Shown one piece after another: positions 1-9,557 of a stretch of DNA of 64,000 nucleotides (its first letter is position 1; each line of letters starts with the position of its first letter). The DNA lies in NCBI GenBank assembly GCA_040876265.1, contig JBBDPN010000001.1:118208-182207 (forward strand). Direction: 5' to 3'. The notes beneath the pieces are model-generated. The model was not told where the DNA came from and made no database searches. It was given only the letters and a program-made list of their open reading frames with translations. Source of the DNA: Candidatus Woykebacteria bacterium. GTDB lineage: Bacteria; Patescibacteriota; Microgenomatia; Woykebacterales; RBG-16-39-9b. The position numbers were made by a program, and so were the translations under genes.

Positions 1-2
1 GC

Positions 3-341
3 ACAGCGCCTATGGGAGATGATATATTTAATTATCTGAGCCAGAGACAAGGAAGATTTGGTTTTATACTTGGTAGCGAAAATAAACTTATACTGCCTGA
101 TCTGGAAGAGCCAGCAGAAGTTAGAGAATTGTCAACGCCGACCCAGGTTTGGAGAGAATTGTCCGTTGGTGATAAAGTAAGGTATCTGCGGAAAGAAAGT
201 GGCGATCTGTTGGGAGTAGTAAAAGAACTTCCAGGGGAGCAGATAATAAATTCTGGTATTTTGGCACAAGTAGCAAAAGTAGCTTTTAACTCCAAACAGG
301 AATTACTTTTGCCAGCAGCCAATTTAGAAATAATTGAGTAA
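3..341 (+). CDS. 3' part of a conserved hypothetical protein (begins before the window) with an SH3/KOW-like C-terminus
   Basis: Frame is open from the window edge; ends ...LPAANLEIIE; 5 nt before ctpA. Confidence 0.6.
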   Translation, partial: TAPMGDDIFNYLSQRQGRFGFILGSENKLILPDLEEPAEVRELSTPTQVWRELSVGDKVRYLRKESGDLLGVVKELPGEQIINSGILAQVAKVAFNSKQELLLPAANLEIIE

Positions 342-346
342 TTTTT

Positions 347-1582
347 ATGGAGCAAACTCATACGCAAGAAAAGAAAACTTCGGGCCAAAAAATCACTCGA
401 TTTTTGCCTAAACTAGCGTTTATCGCAATAGTGTTTGTTTTTGGTATCTGGGTCGGGCAAAGTGTTGTCCTACCGTTTGCACCAGAGAGACCACCGCTTT
501 TTAATATCTCCGGTAAAGAGACACCCAATCAAATAAAAGCTGATTTTACTCCGTTTTGGCAAGCTTGGGACAAGGTTACCACCGAGTATTTAGAAAGAAA
601 TAAACTAGACCCGCAAGATCTGATCTACGGTGCTATCTCGGGTATGGTCCGAGCCATAGGCGATCCGTATACTGTTTTCCTTGACCCACAGCAGAATAGC
701 GAGTTTGAACTTTCACTTTCAGGCACCTATGAAGGAGTGGGTATAGAGCTTGATGTTCGGGACGAGCAGCTTGTGGTTGTAGCTCCAATCGATGGCACAC
801 CGGCTCAAAAAGCTGGGGTGAAAGCTGGGGATAAGATACTTGAAATTGATGGAACGGATACACGGGCCTTGACTATACAGGAAGCTGTTCAAAAGATCCG
901 TGGTGAAAAGAATACAGATGTTGTTTTGAAGTTGCAACGTAACGGAAAGACGCTAGATATTAAAATAACTCGGGCAAGAATAGTCATCGAGAGTGTCAAG
1001 TTTGAAGATCTTGGTGGAAAAGCGGCGAAAATCCAAATCACTCGGTTTGGCGATAACACCTTGCCTGAATGGAGTAAAGCAGTAAATAAATTTGTTGCTG
1101 GTAATTACAAAAAGTTAGTTCTTGATTTGCGCAATAACCCTGGTGGTAGGTTGGATCTTGCAATATCGATCTCAGCCGATTTTGTTGACAAAGGCACGAT
1201 TACAATGCTGGAGGAAGAAGCCTCTGGAAAGCAAATACCTTTCAAGACAGAGTCTGTTCCACGACTAAAAAATATAGAAACAGTCGTTTTAATCAATGAA
1301 GGTAGTGCTTCAGCTTCGGAGATAGTCGCTGGTGCTCTGCGAGATATTTTGGGAACAAAATTGGTAGGCCAGACCTCATTTGGTAAGGGTACCATCCAGA
1401 GAGTTGATGGTTTACCAAAAGGTGCTGGACTACATATCACGTTCGCTAAATGGCTCACTCCTAAAGGTACTTGGGTAAACAAAAAAGGCTTGAAGCCAGA
1501 TGTGCAAGTGAAGTTGACTGATAAAGATATAGCCGCAAAACGCGATCCCCAACTATCCAAAGCTCTCCAACTCCTCAAATAG
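347..1582 (+). CDS. ctpA: Carboxyl-terminal processing protease, S41 family (PDZ)
   Basis: N-terminal TM, GDPYT, PDZ EGVGI, DLRNNPGG, catalytic SASASE and GKG. Confidence 0.95.
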   Translation: MEQTHTQEKKTSGQKITRFLPKLAFIAIVFVFGIWVGQSVVLPFAPERPPLFNISGKETPNQIKADFTPFWQAWDKVTTEYLERNKLDPQDLIYGAISGMVRAIGDPYTVFLDPQQNSEFELSLSGTYEGVGIELDVRDEQLVVVAPIDGTPAQKAGVKAGDKILEIDGTDTRALTIQEAVQKIRGEKNTDVVLKLQRNGKTLDIKITRARIVIESVKFEDLGGKAAKIQITRFGDNTLPEWSKAVNKFVAGNYKKLVLDLRNNPGGRLDLAISISADFVDKGTITMLEEEASGKQIPFKTESVPRLKNIETVVLINEGSASASEIVAGALRDILGTKLVGQTSFGKGTIQRVDGLPKGAGLHITFAKWLTPKGTWVNKKGLKPDVQVKLTDKDIAAKRDPQLSKALQLLK

Positions 1583-1596
1583 ATCTCGGACAGTCG

Positions 1597-1615
1597 GACA
1601 GGGTCCGTCCCTGTC
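1597..1615. repeat. REP-like palindrome, copy 1 (GACAGGG-N5-CCCTGTC)
   Basis: GACAGGGTCCGTCCCTGTC just after the ctpA stop; same family at 14067, 59747 and 61135. Confidence 0.7.
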
Positions 1616-1724
1616 ATCATATATTTATGGCTCCAATTGATTGGACTTTGTGATAAACTAATCTTCTTCGGCCTGCTGGTCGATTTTTCATTTGCACACT
1701 TACAACATAAGGAGGAGATAGGCG

Positions 1725-2684
1725 ATGGTCGATCAACCTGAAAGTGTGGTTGTTCATACCCCAGAGATCCCAGAGTTGAAGAAGGTTAAGGACGGGAAGG
1801 TTCGGAGTATCTTCGAGTTTGACGGAGGGCTCCTGCTCTTTGTGGCCTCTGACAGGATCAGTGCCCGGGATAAGGTGCTGCGGCCAGGCATCCCAGGTAA
1901 AGGCCGGGTGCTAAACAGCATGAGTACCCTCTTCTTTCAGTTAACCTTTGGTATAGCCCCGAACCATATGGTGAGGGAAGAGCAGCTGCCACCACCCTCG
2001 CGTCAGAGGTTGGCTGAGCTCTACGAGGCCTACCCCTGGCTTTCTGGTCGAACGATGGTTGTCCGGGCTGGTCAGGTAGTGCCGATCGAGTTCATCTTCC
2101 GTGCTCACAGCACTGGGTCGTTCTATAAGGCTTACACAGAGTCCGGGGGTTTCGAGAAAGGGGCGACAGTCCTGGGGTACTATTGTCCTCTGGGGATGAA
2201 AAACGGAGATCCGTTCCCGGAGCCAATCTTTACCCCTTCTACGAAGGCTCCCGCCGGAGAACACGACGTTAACGTTACCTATGAAAAGGCCTACGAGCAC
2301 CTGTTGAGAGAGACTGATCTAGGCGTTTCCAAGGCTCGCAGAGTGCTCAACTGGGGTCAGACGCGCGGCCTAGCCCTTACGACATGGGGTTACCGATACG
2401 CTCGAGAACATGGGTTTATCCTGGCTGACCACAAGATCGAAGTGGTTCTGGTTCAAGGTGGAGTCGAGTTGATCGGCGACGAACTTTTTACGCCTGACTC
2501 GTCCCGCTTTCTTCGGCTTGAGGATTTCGAGCGCGGGAACATCGTTCATTACGATAAAGAGCCAGTTAGGGAAGAACTCGACGAAATGTGGGCTGGGAAA
2601 AGCACCCCGCCCAGATTACGTCAGGGCGCCGTGGAGGAAACCGCGCAAAGGTACAGGGCCATCCACGATGCTCTAGTCGTATAA
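1725..2684 (+). CDS. purC: SAICAR synthetase (divergent)
   Basis: GKVRSIF, SDRISA, PGKG, FTPSTKA...HD.N, DELFTPDSSRF; AGGAGG SD upstream. Confidence 0.9.
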   Translation: MVDQPESVVVHTPEIPELKKVKDGKVRSIFEFDGGLLLFVASDRISARDKVLRPGIPGKGRVLNSMSTLFFQLTFGIAPNHMVREEQLPPPSRQRLAELYEAYPWLSGRTMVVRAGQVVPIEFIFRAHSTGSFYKAYTESGGFEKGATVLGYYCPLGMKNGDPFPEPIFTPSTKAPAGEHDVNVTYEKAYEHLLRETDLGVSKARRVLNWGQTRGLALTTWGYRYAREHGFILADHKIEVVLVQGGVELIGDELFTPDSSRFLRLEDFERGNIVHYDKEPVREELDEMWAGKSTPPRLRQGAVEETAQRYRAIHDALVV

Positions 2685-2707
2685 GAAGAACGAAGAGATG
2701 CAACAAC

Positions 2708-2736
2708 GGCGTCAAGCCTTCTAGCTTGGCGCCTTT
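2708..2736 (+). terminator. Probable intrinsic terminator of purC
   Basis: GGCGTCAAGC/GCTTGGCGCC stem followed by TTT. Confidence 0.6.
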
Positions 2737-2741
2737 CCATT

Positions 2742-2770
2742 TTGACAGACAAGCGGGTGAGATGTATAAT
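2742..2770 (+). promoter_or_regulatory. Consensus sigma70 promoter
   Basis: TTGACA(2742)-17 nt-TATAAT(2765). Confidence 0.8.
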
Positions 2771-2807
2771 CCTCGGCTATCAAGATCAAGCAGAAGGAGA
2801 GAATACA

Positions 2808-3464
2808 GTGCGTTTCTTCTGGCCAGCGATAACTGTTCTTGTGATCGTTCTCATGGCAATCCTTCTAATGTCCAACAACCGGGAGAGCGGTTCTTGGCAT
2901 CTCTCCGGGGATCGGGATGAGATAGAGATTAAGATTTTGCCCTCTCCTACAACCATCTCCGGCCCAACGGTTGAGGCAGATGAAGAGTTTCCAGGTGGGT
3001 GTCCGCCCCAACAAGTCGTAAAGACGGCGGTGAACTACCAAGGTCAGCCAGTTCAATCGTTCAGTAAGGAGTTTCTAAACCTGCTTGAGCCGATTGAGCT
3101 CCCAAACGGTGTAGTTGGAGCGAAGCTGGAAACAAGTAACTTCTGCGTGTTCGAGATCAACGGGTTGATCTTTGGTGAGTTTGATGGACACCTAGACGTT
3201 GAGGGTCGGTGGGTTTCCGGACAAGAATTTCGTGACTTCCTGGACCAGAGAGGTATTCAGGATGATATCTGCCAGATCATCTGGGCTAGGTGTCAACAAG
3301 AGCCGATCGACCCAGAAACACCTGAGGTACCGAACCAGCAGAGAGATAGAGATCATGGGGCGTTTACCGACCAGTTTGGTAAGCGCCTCTCTTCGTTTGT
3401 TGACATAAAGACTACAAAATGGTTTAATAAATTTTTAGAATGCATCGGTCGGAAAGGGGAATAG
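2808..3464 (+). CDS. Hypothetical membrane-anchored or secreted protein
   Basis: GTG 2808 after AAGGAG and downstream of the promoter; N-terminal hydrophobic helix. Confidence 0.6.
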   Translation: MRFFWPAITVLVIVLMAILLMSNNRESGSWHLSGDRDEIEIKILPSPTTISGPTVEADEEFPGGCPPQQVVKTAVNYQGQPVQSFSKEFLNLLEPIELPNGVVGAKLETSNFCVFEINGLIFGEFDGHLDVEGRWVSGQEFRDFLDQRGIQDDICQIIWARCQQEPIDPETPEVPNQQRDRDHGAFTDQFGKRLSSFVDIKTTKWFNKFLECIGRKGE

Positions 3465-3477
3465 CCAGCATAACTAG

Positions 3478-3501
3478 ATAGCCCGAAGGGGCTATTTTTT
3501 T
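3478..3501 (+). terminator. Terminator or attenuator hairpin upstream of pyrB
   Basis: ATAGCCC-GAAG-GGGCTAT followed by a T run. Confidence 0.7.
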
Positions 3502-3549
3502 ATGCCTTGGTTTGCCCGAGAGATAAACGCACATTACAAGGAGGTTACG

Positions 3550-4527
3550 GTGCCCAGTAAACCTTGGACAGACTTTCCGGTTGTCGTTTCTGCCAATCAG
3601 TTTGGTCCGAAGTTCCTGATCAAAGAGCTCTTCCCCCTAGCTGATCGCATGAGGGATGTGGCTGAAAATGGAGGCAACAACTCTCTGCAGGGACACGAGG
3701 TGTTCCTGCTTTTCTACGAGGCCTCCACCAGAACTATCACATCTTTCAAACGGGCAACGAAACTTCTTGGCGCCGATTACGACTATACGGAGAGCGCTAG
3801 GCAGTTTTCATCGGCTATCAAAGGCGAAAGTCTTGAGGATACGGTTAGAATCCTCAACGGCTACTACTACAGTCTGATCGTCATTCGTTATGACGAAACA
3901 GGGGGTGCCGCAAGGGCCGCTAGAGCCTCAGAGATCCCCGTGATCAATGCTGGTGATGGTAATGGTGAGCATCCGACCCAAGCGCTGTTGGATCTGTACA
4001 CCATCTATAGCCAGTTCAGTCACTTCGACGGGCTTCGCGTAGCGTTGGTCGGTGATCTGCATAATAGTCGAACTATCCACTCGTTGGCGACGTTACTCGC
4101 CAAGATGGGAGGAGTGGAGCTTTCGCTGGTCTCGCCAAGCAAATTTCGTATAGATGATCACCACACAAGACCCTTTCTCGTCGAGAGTGGTTGCAAATTT
4201 AAGGAGGTAAGCAACCTCATGGAAGTAGCTGGGGAGGTGGATGTTGTTTACCTCACGAGACTTCAGACGGAACGCCTCAAGGCGGTGACCAAAAGTAACG
4301 CCTTGGACTGGGGTGGCGAGGGAAACGTGTGCGTTTGCATTAATGACGAAGTTCTAGGTGCGATGCAGAAAGAAGCAATCATCCTGCACCCCCTGCCTAG
4401 GAGTGATGACTTCGTGGAGCTGCCTGAAAAGCTCGATACCGACCCCCGAGTTCAAATCTTTCAGCAGGCCCAGAACGGACTCTTTGTTCGGATGGCCCTG
4501 TTGGAGATGATACTTGGGGTGTCATAG
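3550..4527 (+). CDS. pyrB: Aspartate carbamoyltransferase, catalytic subunit
   Basis: FYEASTRT, KGESLEDT, INAGDG..EHPTQ, TRLQ.ER, HPLPR; GTG 3550 follows AGGAGG (ORF track start 3502). Confidence 0.95.
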   Translation: MPSKPWTDFPVVVSANQFGPKFLIKELFPLADRMRDVAENGGNNSLQGHEVFLLFYEASTRTITSFKRATKLLGADYDYTESARQFSSAIKGESLEDTVRILNGYYYSLIVIRYDETGGAARAARASEIPVINAGDGNGEHPTQALLDLYTIYSQFSHFDGLRVALVGDLHNSRTIHSLATLLAKMGGVELSLVSPSKFRIDDHHTRPFLVESGCKFKEVSNLMEVAGEVDVVYLTRLQTERLKAVTKSNALDWGGEGNVCVCINDEVLGAMQKEAIILHPLPRSDDFVELPEKLDTDPRVQIFQQAQNGLFVRMALLEMILGVS

Positions 4528-4543
4528 GCTAGAACCTGCCAAG

Positions 4544-4579
4544 AACCGGAGCGACCGTAGGTTGCTCCGGTTAACTTTT
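4544..4579 (+). terminator. Intrinsic terminator of pyrB
   Basis: AACCGGAGCGACC/GGTTGCTCCGGTT stem, then AACTTTT. Confidence 0.7.
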
Positions 4580-4654
4580 GAAAACAATTTAGTTACATTT
4601 TTGATAAAATATCAACAAGGTTGATGTTTTACACCCATTAGTAATGGATATAAA

Positions 4655-5803
4655 ATGAAAATAATGCTCAAAAAGTATAAAAATCAGGTATTTATTATTG
4701 GCGGTTTAGTAGCCGTTTTTTTGCTGGCGGTGATTGTGGGTACGGCTATTGGAGTTTCGTACCCAAATTGGTCAAAAAACCTTTCTTTTCTCCCCGACTT
4801 TTTGAAACCGGCTTCAGGTGTTGAAGAAGTCACTCAAAACGGTGAAAAAGTTATTCGTACAGTAGAGGAGTCGGCTGTTATTGACGTGGCTGACAAGGCC
4901 TCACCAGCCGTTGTTTCAATCGTAGCTTCGCAGGCAACCCTTGATCCGGCTCAAGGTGTTCAAACAGATCAGCAAGGTATCGGGACTGGGTTTATTGTTC
5001 GTAAAGATGGAGTGATCTTGACCGCCTCTCACGTTGTAGATGATGATAGCATCAGCTATAAAGTTGTAACCCGCGATGAAAAACAATTCGACGTTATACA
5101 GATAGATAAAGACCCTTCTGTCGATTTCGCTATTTTAAAAATAAAAGCAGGGGGTTTACCGATCTTAAAATTAGCTGACTCGGATTCTGTAAGAGTTGGT
5201 CAGAAAGTTGTGGCCATCGGTAATGCTCTTGGTCGTTTTAGCAACACCGTGACAGTGGGAGTGGTGTCCGGTGTTGGCCGTGGGGTAGCTGCTTCAAATG
5301 CGTCTGGTATCTCTCAAGGAACCTTAGAAAATGTCATCCAGACAGACGCTGCGCTCAATCCGGGAAACAGTGGTGGTCCACTGCTGGATCTTTCTGCCAA
5401 CGTAATCGGGATAAATTTTGCCACTACTGTTGGCGCGGAGAACATCGGCTTTGTCATACCAGCCAATAGTGTAGAGCCAGTCCTTCAGCAATATCTAGCA
5501 GAGGGTAGAATAATTCGCCCGTTCCTAGGTATTTCTTATGTAATTGTTGACGAGACAACTTCAGTGCTGCAAGGTATTCCTCAAGGTGTCTTTGTCCAAA
5601 GAGTGCTGGCTGGCACACCTGCAGCAAAAGCAGGTTTGGAAGCAGGAGACGTGATAACAAAGTTTGGTGGGCAAAAGTTGGATGAAAATCAAACGCTTTC
5701 TAGAGTGATTGGTAAATTCAAGGTGGGTCAAACAATTGAGTTGGAAGTAAACCGAGATGGGAAGACTGTTAAACTGAAGACAACACTTACAGAAGCCCCA
5801 TGA
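4655..5803 (+). CDS. htrA: HtrA/DegP-like serine protease with one PDZ domain
   Basis: TM anchor, GTGFIV, TASHVV, GNSGGPL, C-terminal PDZ. Confidence 0.93.
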   Translation: MKIMLKKYKNQVFIIGGLVAVFLLAVIVGTAIGVSYPNWSKNLSFLPDFLKPASGVEEVTQNGEKVIRTVEESAVIDVADKASPAVVSIVASQATLDPAQGVQTDQQGIGTGFIVRKDGVILTASHVVDDDSISYKVVTRDEKQFDVIQIDKDPSVDFAILKIKAGGLPILKLADSDSVRVGQKVVAIGNALGRFSNTVTVGVVSGVGRGVAASNASGISQGTLENVIQTDAALNPGNSGGPLLDLSANVIGINFATTVGAENIGFVIPANSVEPVLQQYLAEGRIIRPFLGISYVIVDETTSVLQGIPQGVFVQRVLAGTPAAKAGLEAGDVITKFGGQKLDENQTLSRVIGKFKVGQTIELEVNRDGKTVKLKTTLTEAP

Positions 5804-5863
5804 TCTATCTGCTTCTTTGACACCTGCGTTTGCAACCCCGTAAAATAAATCCTAAAGGGTTAT

Positions 5864-7141
5864 ATGTTGGAAAAACTAAAATCACACTCGTTTAGGCAGG
5901 ATATTTATCTTTTCTTAACCTTTATTCTTTTTGCCTCTATTGTTATTACGGTAGATAGCCTCTCGACGCTTCGGAACACACAGACCCAAGCTACCCACAC
6001 AATTGAAACTTTACTCTTTGATGATTTCAATTCCTCCTCTTTGAATACAACTTTGTGGGGAAGCGCAGTTACGAGGAGTAATTCTCATGTTCAGATTAGT
6101 AACGGCACCGTGAGAATAAAGGTTGACAACCTGCCGGATACATATGCGCAGCTTTATTCCAAAAAGAGTTTTCCTGTAGGTTCCACTTTCGAAACCAGGA
6201 TAAACGTTACCGGGGGGCAATCATACGATCACAAAACTATTGGTTTCTCCAATTCTAGAGCGGGTAGTGATTGTAGCAATGGGGAAACAGAAGCGGTGGT
6301 GTGGAGAGGTGGGGATAAGGACAAACGCGTCCTAGCTGAAAGCGGGGGTAGTGTTACTTGCCCCATTATACAATCATCTTACCCCGCTGGTTGGCGAACG
6401 ATAAAAATTGTTAGAGTAAGCAGTAGTGAAGCTAGGATTTATGAGGACGGTGTGCTACTAAAAACTTTTAATTCCAATATTCCTACGGGGAATTTACCTG
6501 TTCGAATTAGCGGTTATACTCACGAGACAAGCTGGCCTTCAACAGAAATTTGGATGTACGTGGATTGGGTCAAAGTGACCAAACCAAAAGCTCACTCGAC
6601 CGCACCGCCGCCGTCCCTACCAAAAAGCAGTAAAGGTACCAGCAGTGGTGGATCTTCACCTCCTGCAGCACAACCAAGTCCCACAGATGCTACAAAAACT
6701 TCTTCGAGCAAAAATATTCTGAATTCGCTGAACTTAAAAATTTCTATCCCTTATTTGCTGGGTAAAATAAATTTACCAATTAAATTCTCCAAAGTCTCGA
6801 AGAGCTTGGAAGTTTTACCAGGAAGAGTAGAGTATAGTGTTAATGTGAGAGGGGATGAAATACTGCTGGGCAAGGTCTATACACTTACCGTTGGGGGAGG
6901 TAAGGTTTTAAGTAAGAAAGTTAGATTCAACGCGAAAGCACCGAAAATGAAAGTAAATGTTGGCAGCCTTATTCTAGGTGATGTCAACTCAGATTCGGTG
7001 ATCAATAATGGGGATGATGACCTATTTGTGGATTTTCTGGTTGGTCAAAGTGTAGATGGCGATGTAAATGCCGATGGTGCTACCAATTCACTGGACTGGG
7101 CGATAATTCTTAAGAATTTTGATAAAATAGGAGACAGATGA
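5864..7141 (+). CDS. Secreted protein: beta-sandwich (ConA/lectin-like) domain, S/P/T linker, C-terminal dockerin-like domain
   Basis: LFDDFN...VDWVKVT beta-sandwich pattern; paired GDVNSDSVINNGD / GDVNADGATNSLD loops. Confidence 0.7.
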   Translation: MLEKLKSHSFRQDIYLFLTFILFASIVITVDSLSTLRNTQTQATHTIETLLFDDFNSSSLNTTLWGSAVTRSNSHVQISNGTVRIKVDNLPDTYAQLYSKKSFPVGSTFETRINVTGGQSYDHKTIGFSNSRAGSDCSNGETEAVVWRGGDKDKRVLAESGGSVTCPIIQSSYPAGWRTIKIVRVSSSEARIYEDGVLLKTFNSNIPTGNLPVRISGYTHETSWPSTEIWMYVDWVKVTKPKAHSTAPPPSLPKSSKGTSSGGSSPPAAQPSPTDATKTSSSKNILNSLNLKISIPYLLGKINLPIKFSKVSKSLEVLPGRVEYSVNVRGDEILLGKVYTLTVGGGKVLSKKVRFNAKAPKMKVNVGSLILGDVNSDSVINNGDDDLFVDFLVGQSVDGDVNADGATNSLDWAIILKNFDKIGDR

Positions 7142-7827
7142 CAATTACAAAACTGCTCATTACCTCCGGGTTAATTATTTTCTCAACCACTTCTTTTAGT
7201 CAAGTTGCTCTCGCCCAGGAAAAAAATTCCGAAATCATACTTTATCCAAGCTATCGGGAGGTCCGAGTTGGGGAGAATTTCAAAATTGATGTGTTGGCCA
7301 AATCTGATGCGCCTCTAATTGGAGGAGATGTAAAGATAAGTTTTGACCCGCGGGTGATTGAGGTCGTTTCTATCGACACCGGTCAGGCTTTTGATAGCGT
7401 ACCTTTGAAAAAGGTGGAAGAAGGGAAGATTACTATCACTGCCATTAACGAGCGTGAGGGAAATCTATTCAGTGGTGTGGGTAGGGTGGTTACTTTGAAT
7501 TTGAAAACAATTGATGCTGGGGATACTAGTCTGAAAGTTGATTTTGATCCAGGAGCTTCAACCGATTCAAATTTAACTAGCGCCGAAGTTTCCGATACTT
7601 TAGCAAAGGTGGATAGCTCAACGTATATTGTTGGCGGCCCGTTGGAGAGAGCAGTTGGATCAGCTAAAAGATTTGTTATGGCGGTAGCTCCGCTCTTTAT
7701 TTTCTTAATTTTCGCAGGAATAGTTGCTTACGTAGGTTTTAGGTGGTGGAAGTACCGAGAGCAGCAACCAAAAGACGTCTTTATTCCTAGAAAAGTCCCG
7801 TTGGACAAGCCCCCAGAGGCGTCTTAA
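7138..7827 (+). CDS. Cohesin-like domain protein with C-terminal TM anchor
   Basis: Signal peptide; VGENFKIDV...GGDVKISFDP.VIEV; TM followed by RWWKYR. Confidence 0.7.
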   Translation: MTITKLLITSGLIIFSTTSFSQVALAQEKNSEIILYPSYREVRVGENFKIDVLAKSDAPLIGGDVKISFDPRVIEVVSIDTGQAFDSVPLKKVEEGKITITAINEREGNLFSGVGRVVTLNLKTIDAGDTSLKVDFDPGASTDSNLTSAEVSDTLAKVDSSTYIVGGPLERAVGSAKRFVMAVAPLFIFLIFAGIVAYVGFRWWKYREQQPKDVFIPRKVPLDKPPEAS

Positions 7828-8585
7828 TAATTTTTGACAAAAGTATCCCCGTCGATCTCATAAAAAAGTAACCCGTTTGGCTTCAAAACACTTGCGGCCC
7901 GGTCAAAGAGTTTTCGGTAAATCTTTAACCCATCTCTACCGCCATCCAGGGCTATAGTTGGTTCCCAGCGACTTACCTCTGGTTGAAGTTTTTTTAGCCT
8001 GGTAGTTGGTATGTAAGGCAAATTAGCCACAATAAAATCAGCCTTTTCGGTGACAGATTCCAAGAGGTCGCCCTTAAGCAAACTTATTTTTTTCGAAAGC
8101 CCGTGGTGGCTAATGTTTTGTTTTGCGACATTGTAAGCATCATTATCTATCTCAGTTGCAAATATTTTCGCAAACGGGACTGCCTTTGCTAAAGCAATCG
8201 CGATATTTCCGCTGCCGGTCCCGACATCAACAATTGTTAGCTGATCGTGTTTCCAGTGGTTTTTCCGATTTCTGTTTGGAATAGAGTACACTTGCTTTAT
8301 TACTTCGGTAACCAGATCTTCTGTCTCCGGCCTGGGTACCATTACTCTTTTGTCAACGTAGATTTTCAACCCACAAAATTCTTTATAGCCTAAAATGTAA
8401 GCCAACGGCTCACTCTGAGCCCGTCTTTTAACAAATTCTTTAAGTTTTGTTGCGTGGCCTGTTTTTAGCCTGAAGTTGGGAAAAGCTTTTACAAACGATC
8501 GGTCCCTTTTCAGTAGGTGGGAGAGAATTATCTCGGCTTCGGTTAGGTCGATTTCGCTTTGCTGTAAAGCCGCCTCAATTAACAT
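7824..8585 (-). CDS. prmC: Release factor glutamine methyltransferase
   Basis: EPLAYILG, PRPETE, DVGTGSG, NLPY; adjacent to prfA. Confidence 0.93.
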   Translation of the reverse strand: MLIEAALQQSEIDLTEAEIILSHLLKRDRSFVKAFPNFRLKTGHATKLKEFVKRRAQSEPLAYILGYKEFCGLKIYVDKRVMVPRPETEDLVTEVIKQVYSIPNRNRKNHWKHDQLTIVDVGTGSGNIAIALAKAVPFAKIFATEIDNDAYNVAKQNISHHGLSKKISLLKGDLLESVTEKADFIVANLPYIPTTRLKKLQPEVSRWEPTIALDGGRDGLKIYRKLFDRAASVLKPNGLLFYEIDGDTFVKNY

Positions 8586-8607
8586 GTCCTAGTATTATAC
8601 ATGTGTG

Positions 8608-9504
8608 TCAAGTAGAAATCGATTTTTTTGTAGCAGTTAGAATTGGATCCAAGTTACCGGCGAGGATTTCTTCGATATGATGCCAAGATTTGTTTATGCG
8701 GTGGTCAGTGATCCGATCTTGCGGAAAGTTGTAAGTGCGGATTTTTTCGCTTCGCTCCCCAGTGCCCACCTGAAGTTTGCGGGAAAGAGCCACTCCTTCT
8801 TTTTCAGCCGCCTTTTGAGCCTCGTAAATTCTCGACCTTAAGATAGATAGAGCCCTTTCCTTATTTTGAAATTGCGAACGTTCTGATTGACAAGTGACAA
8901 CTACATTCGTTGGCAGGTGAGTCACACGAACAGCTGTTTCTACTTTTTGGACGTTTTGGCCACCATGACCAGAAGCGTGGTAGGTTTCTATCTTCAAATC
9001 TTTTGGATCCAAATGAAATTCCCGGTCGGATATTTCTGGCAGCACAGCGACGGTCGCAGTAGAGGTGTGGATGCGACCCCCGCTTTCCGTCTTTGGTACT
9101 CTTTGAACCCGATGAACACCGGATTCGGCTCTTAAATTTTCATAAACTGGCGCTCCGCTAACTTGGAATACTACTTCTTTGATGTTGCCAATTCCACCCT
9201 CATTGAGAGAAAGTTGCTGGACCTTCCAACCCTTGTTTTCGGAAAAACGCGTGTACATACGATAGAGATCTGCCGCAAAAAGACCAGCCTCACTACCACC
9301 GGCGGCCGCGCGTATTTCCATTATAACGGAACTTGGAGGAGACTCCACTGATGGTTTTGAAGACCCAAGCAGCTGCTTTTTCTGACTTTCCAAGGCCGCG
9401 ATTTCCTCCTTGGCAAGAGCCTCCATAGAAGGGTCGGCCAACAATCGCTGGGCTTCTTGCATTTTTTTATCCAGCTCTTCTATTTGTTTTTCTAAATAGT
9501 TCAT
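8608..9504 (-). CDS. prfA: Peptide chain release factor 1 (short N-terminal domain)
   Basis: ESGVHRVQRVPKTE (PxT), GGQ, RTYNFPQDR. Confidence 0.95.
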   Translation of the reverse strand: MNYLEKQIEELDKKMQEAQRLLADPSMEALAKEEIAALESQKKQLLGSSKPSVESPPSSVIMEIRAAAGGSEAGLFAADLYRMYTRFSENKGWKVQQLSLNEGGIGNIKEVVFQVSGAPVYENLRAESGVHRVQRVPKTESGGRIHTSTATVAVLPEISDREFHLDPKDLKIETYHASGHGGQNVQKVETAVRVTHLPTNVVVTCQSERSQFQNKERALSILRSRIYEAQKAAEKEGVALSRKLQVGTGERSEKIRTYNFPQDRITDHRINKSWHHIEEILAGNLDPILTATKKSIST

Positions 9505-9557
9505 GTCTTTATTTTACTATTATTTACCGAGAAGTTTTAAGTTGTGGGTTTGGTAAT

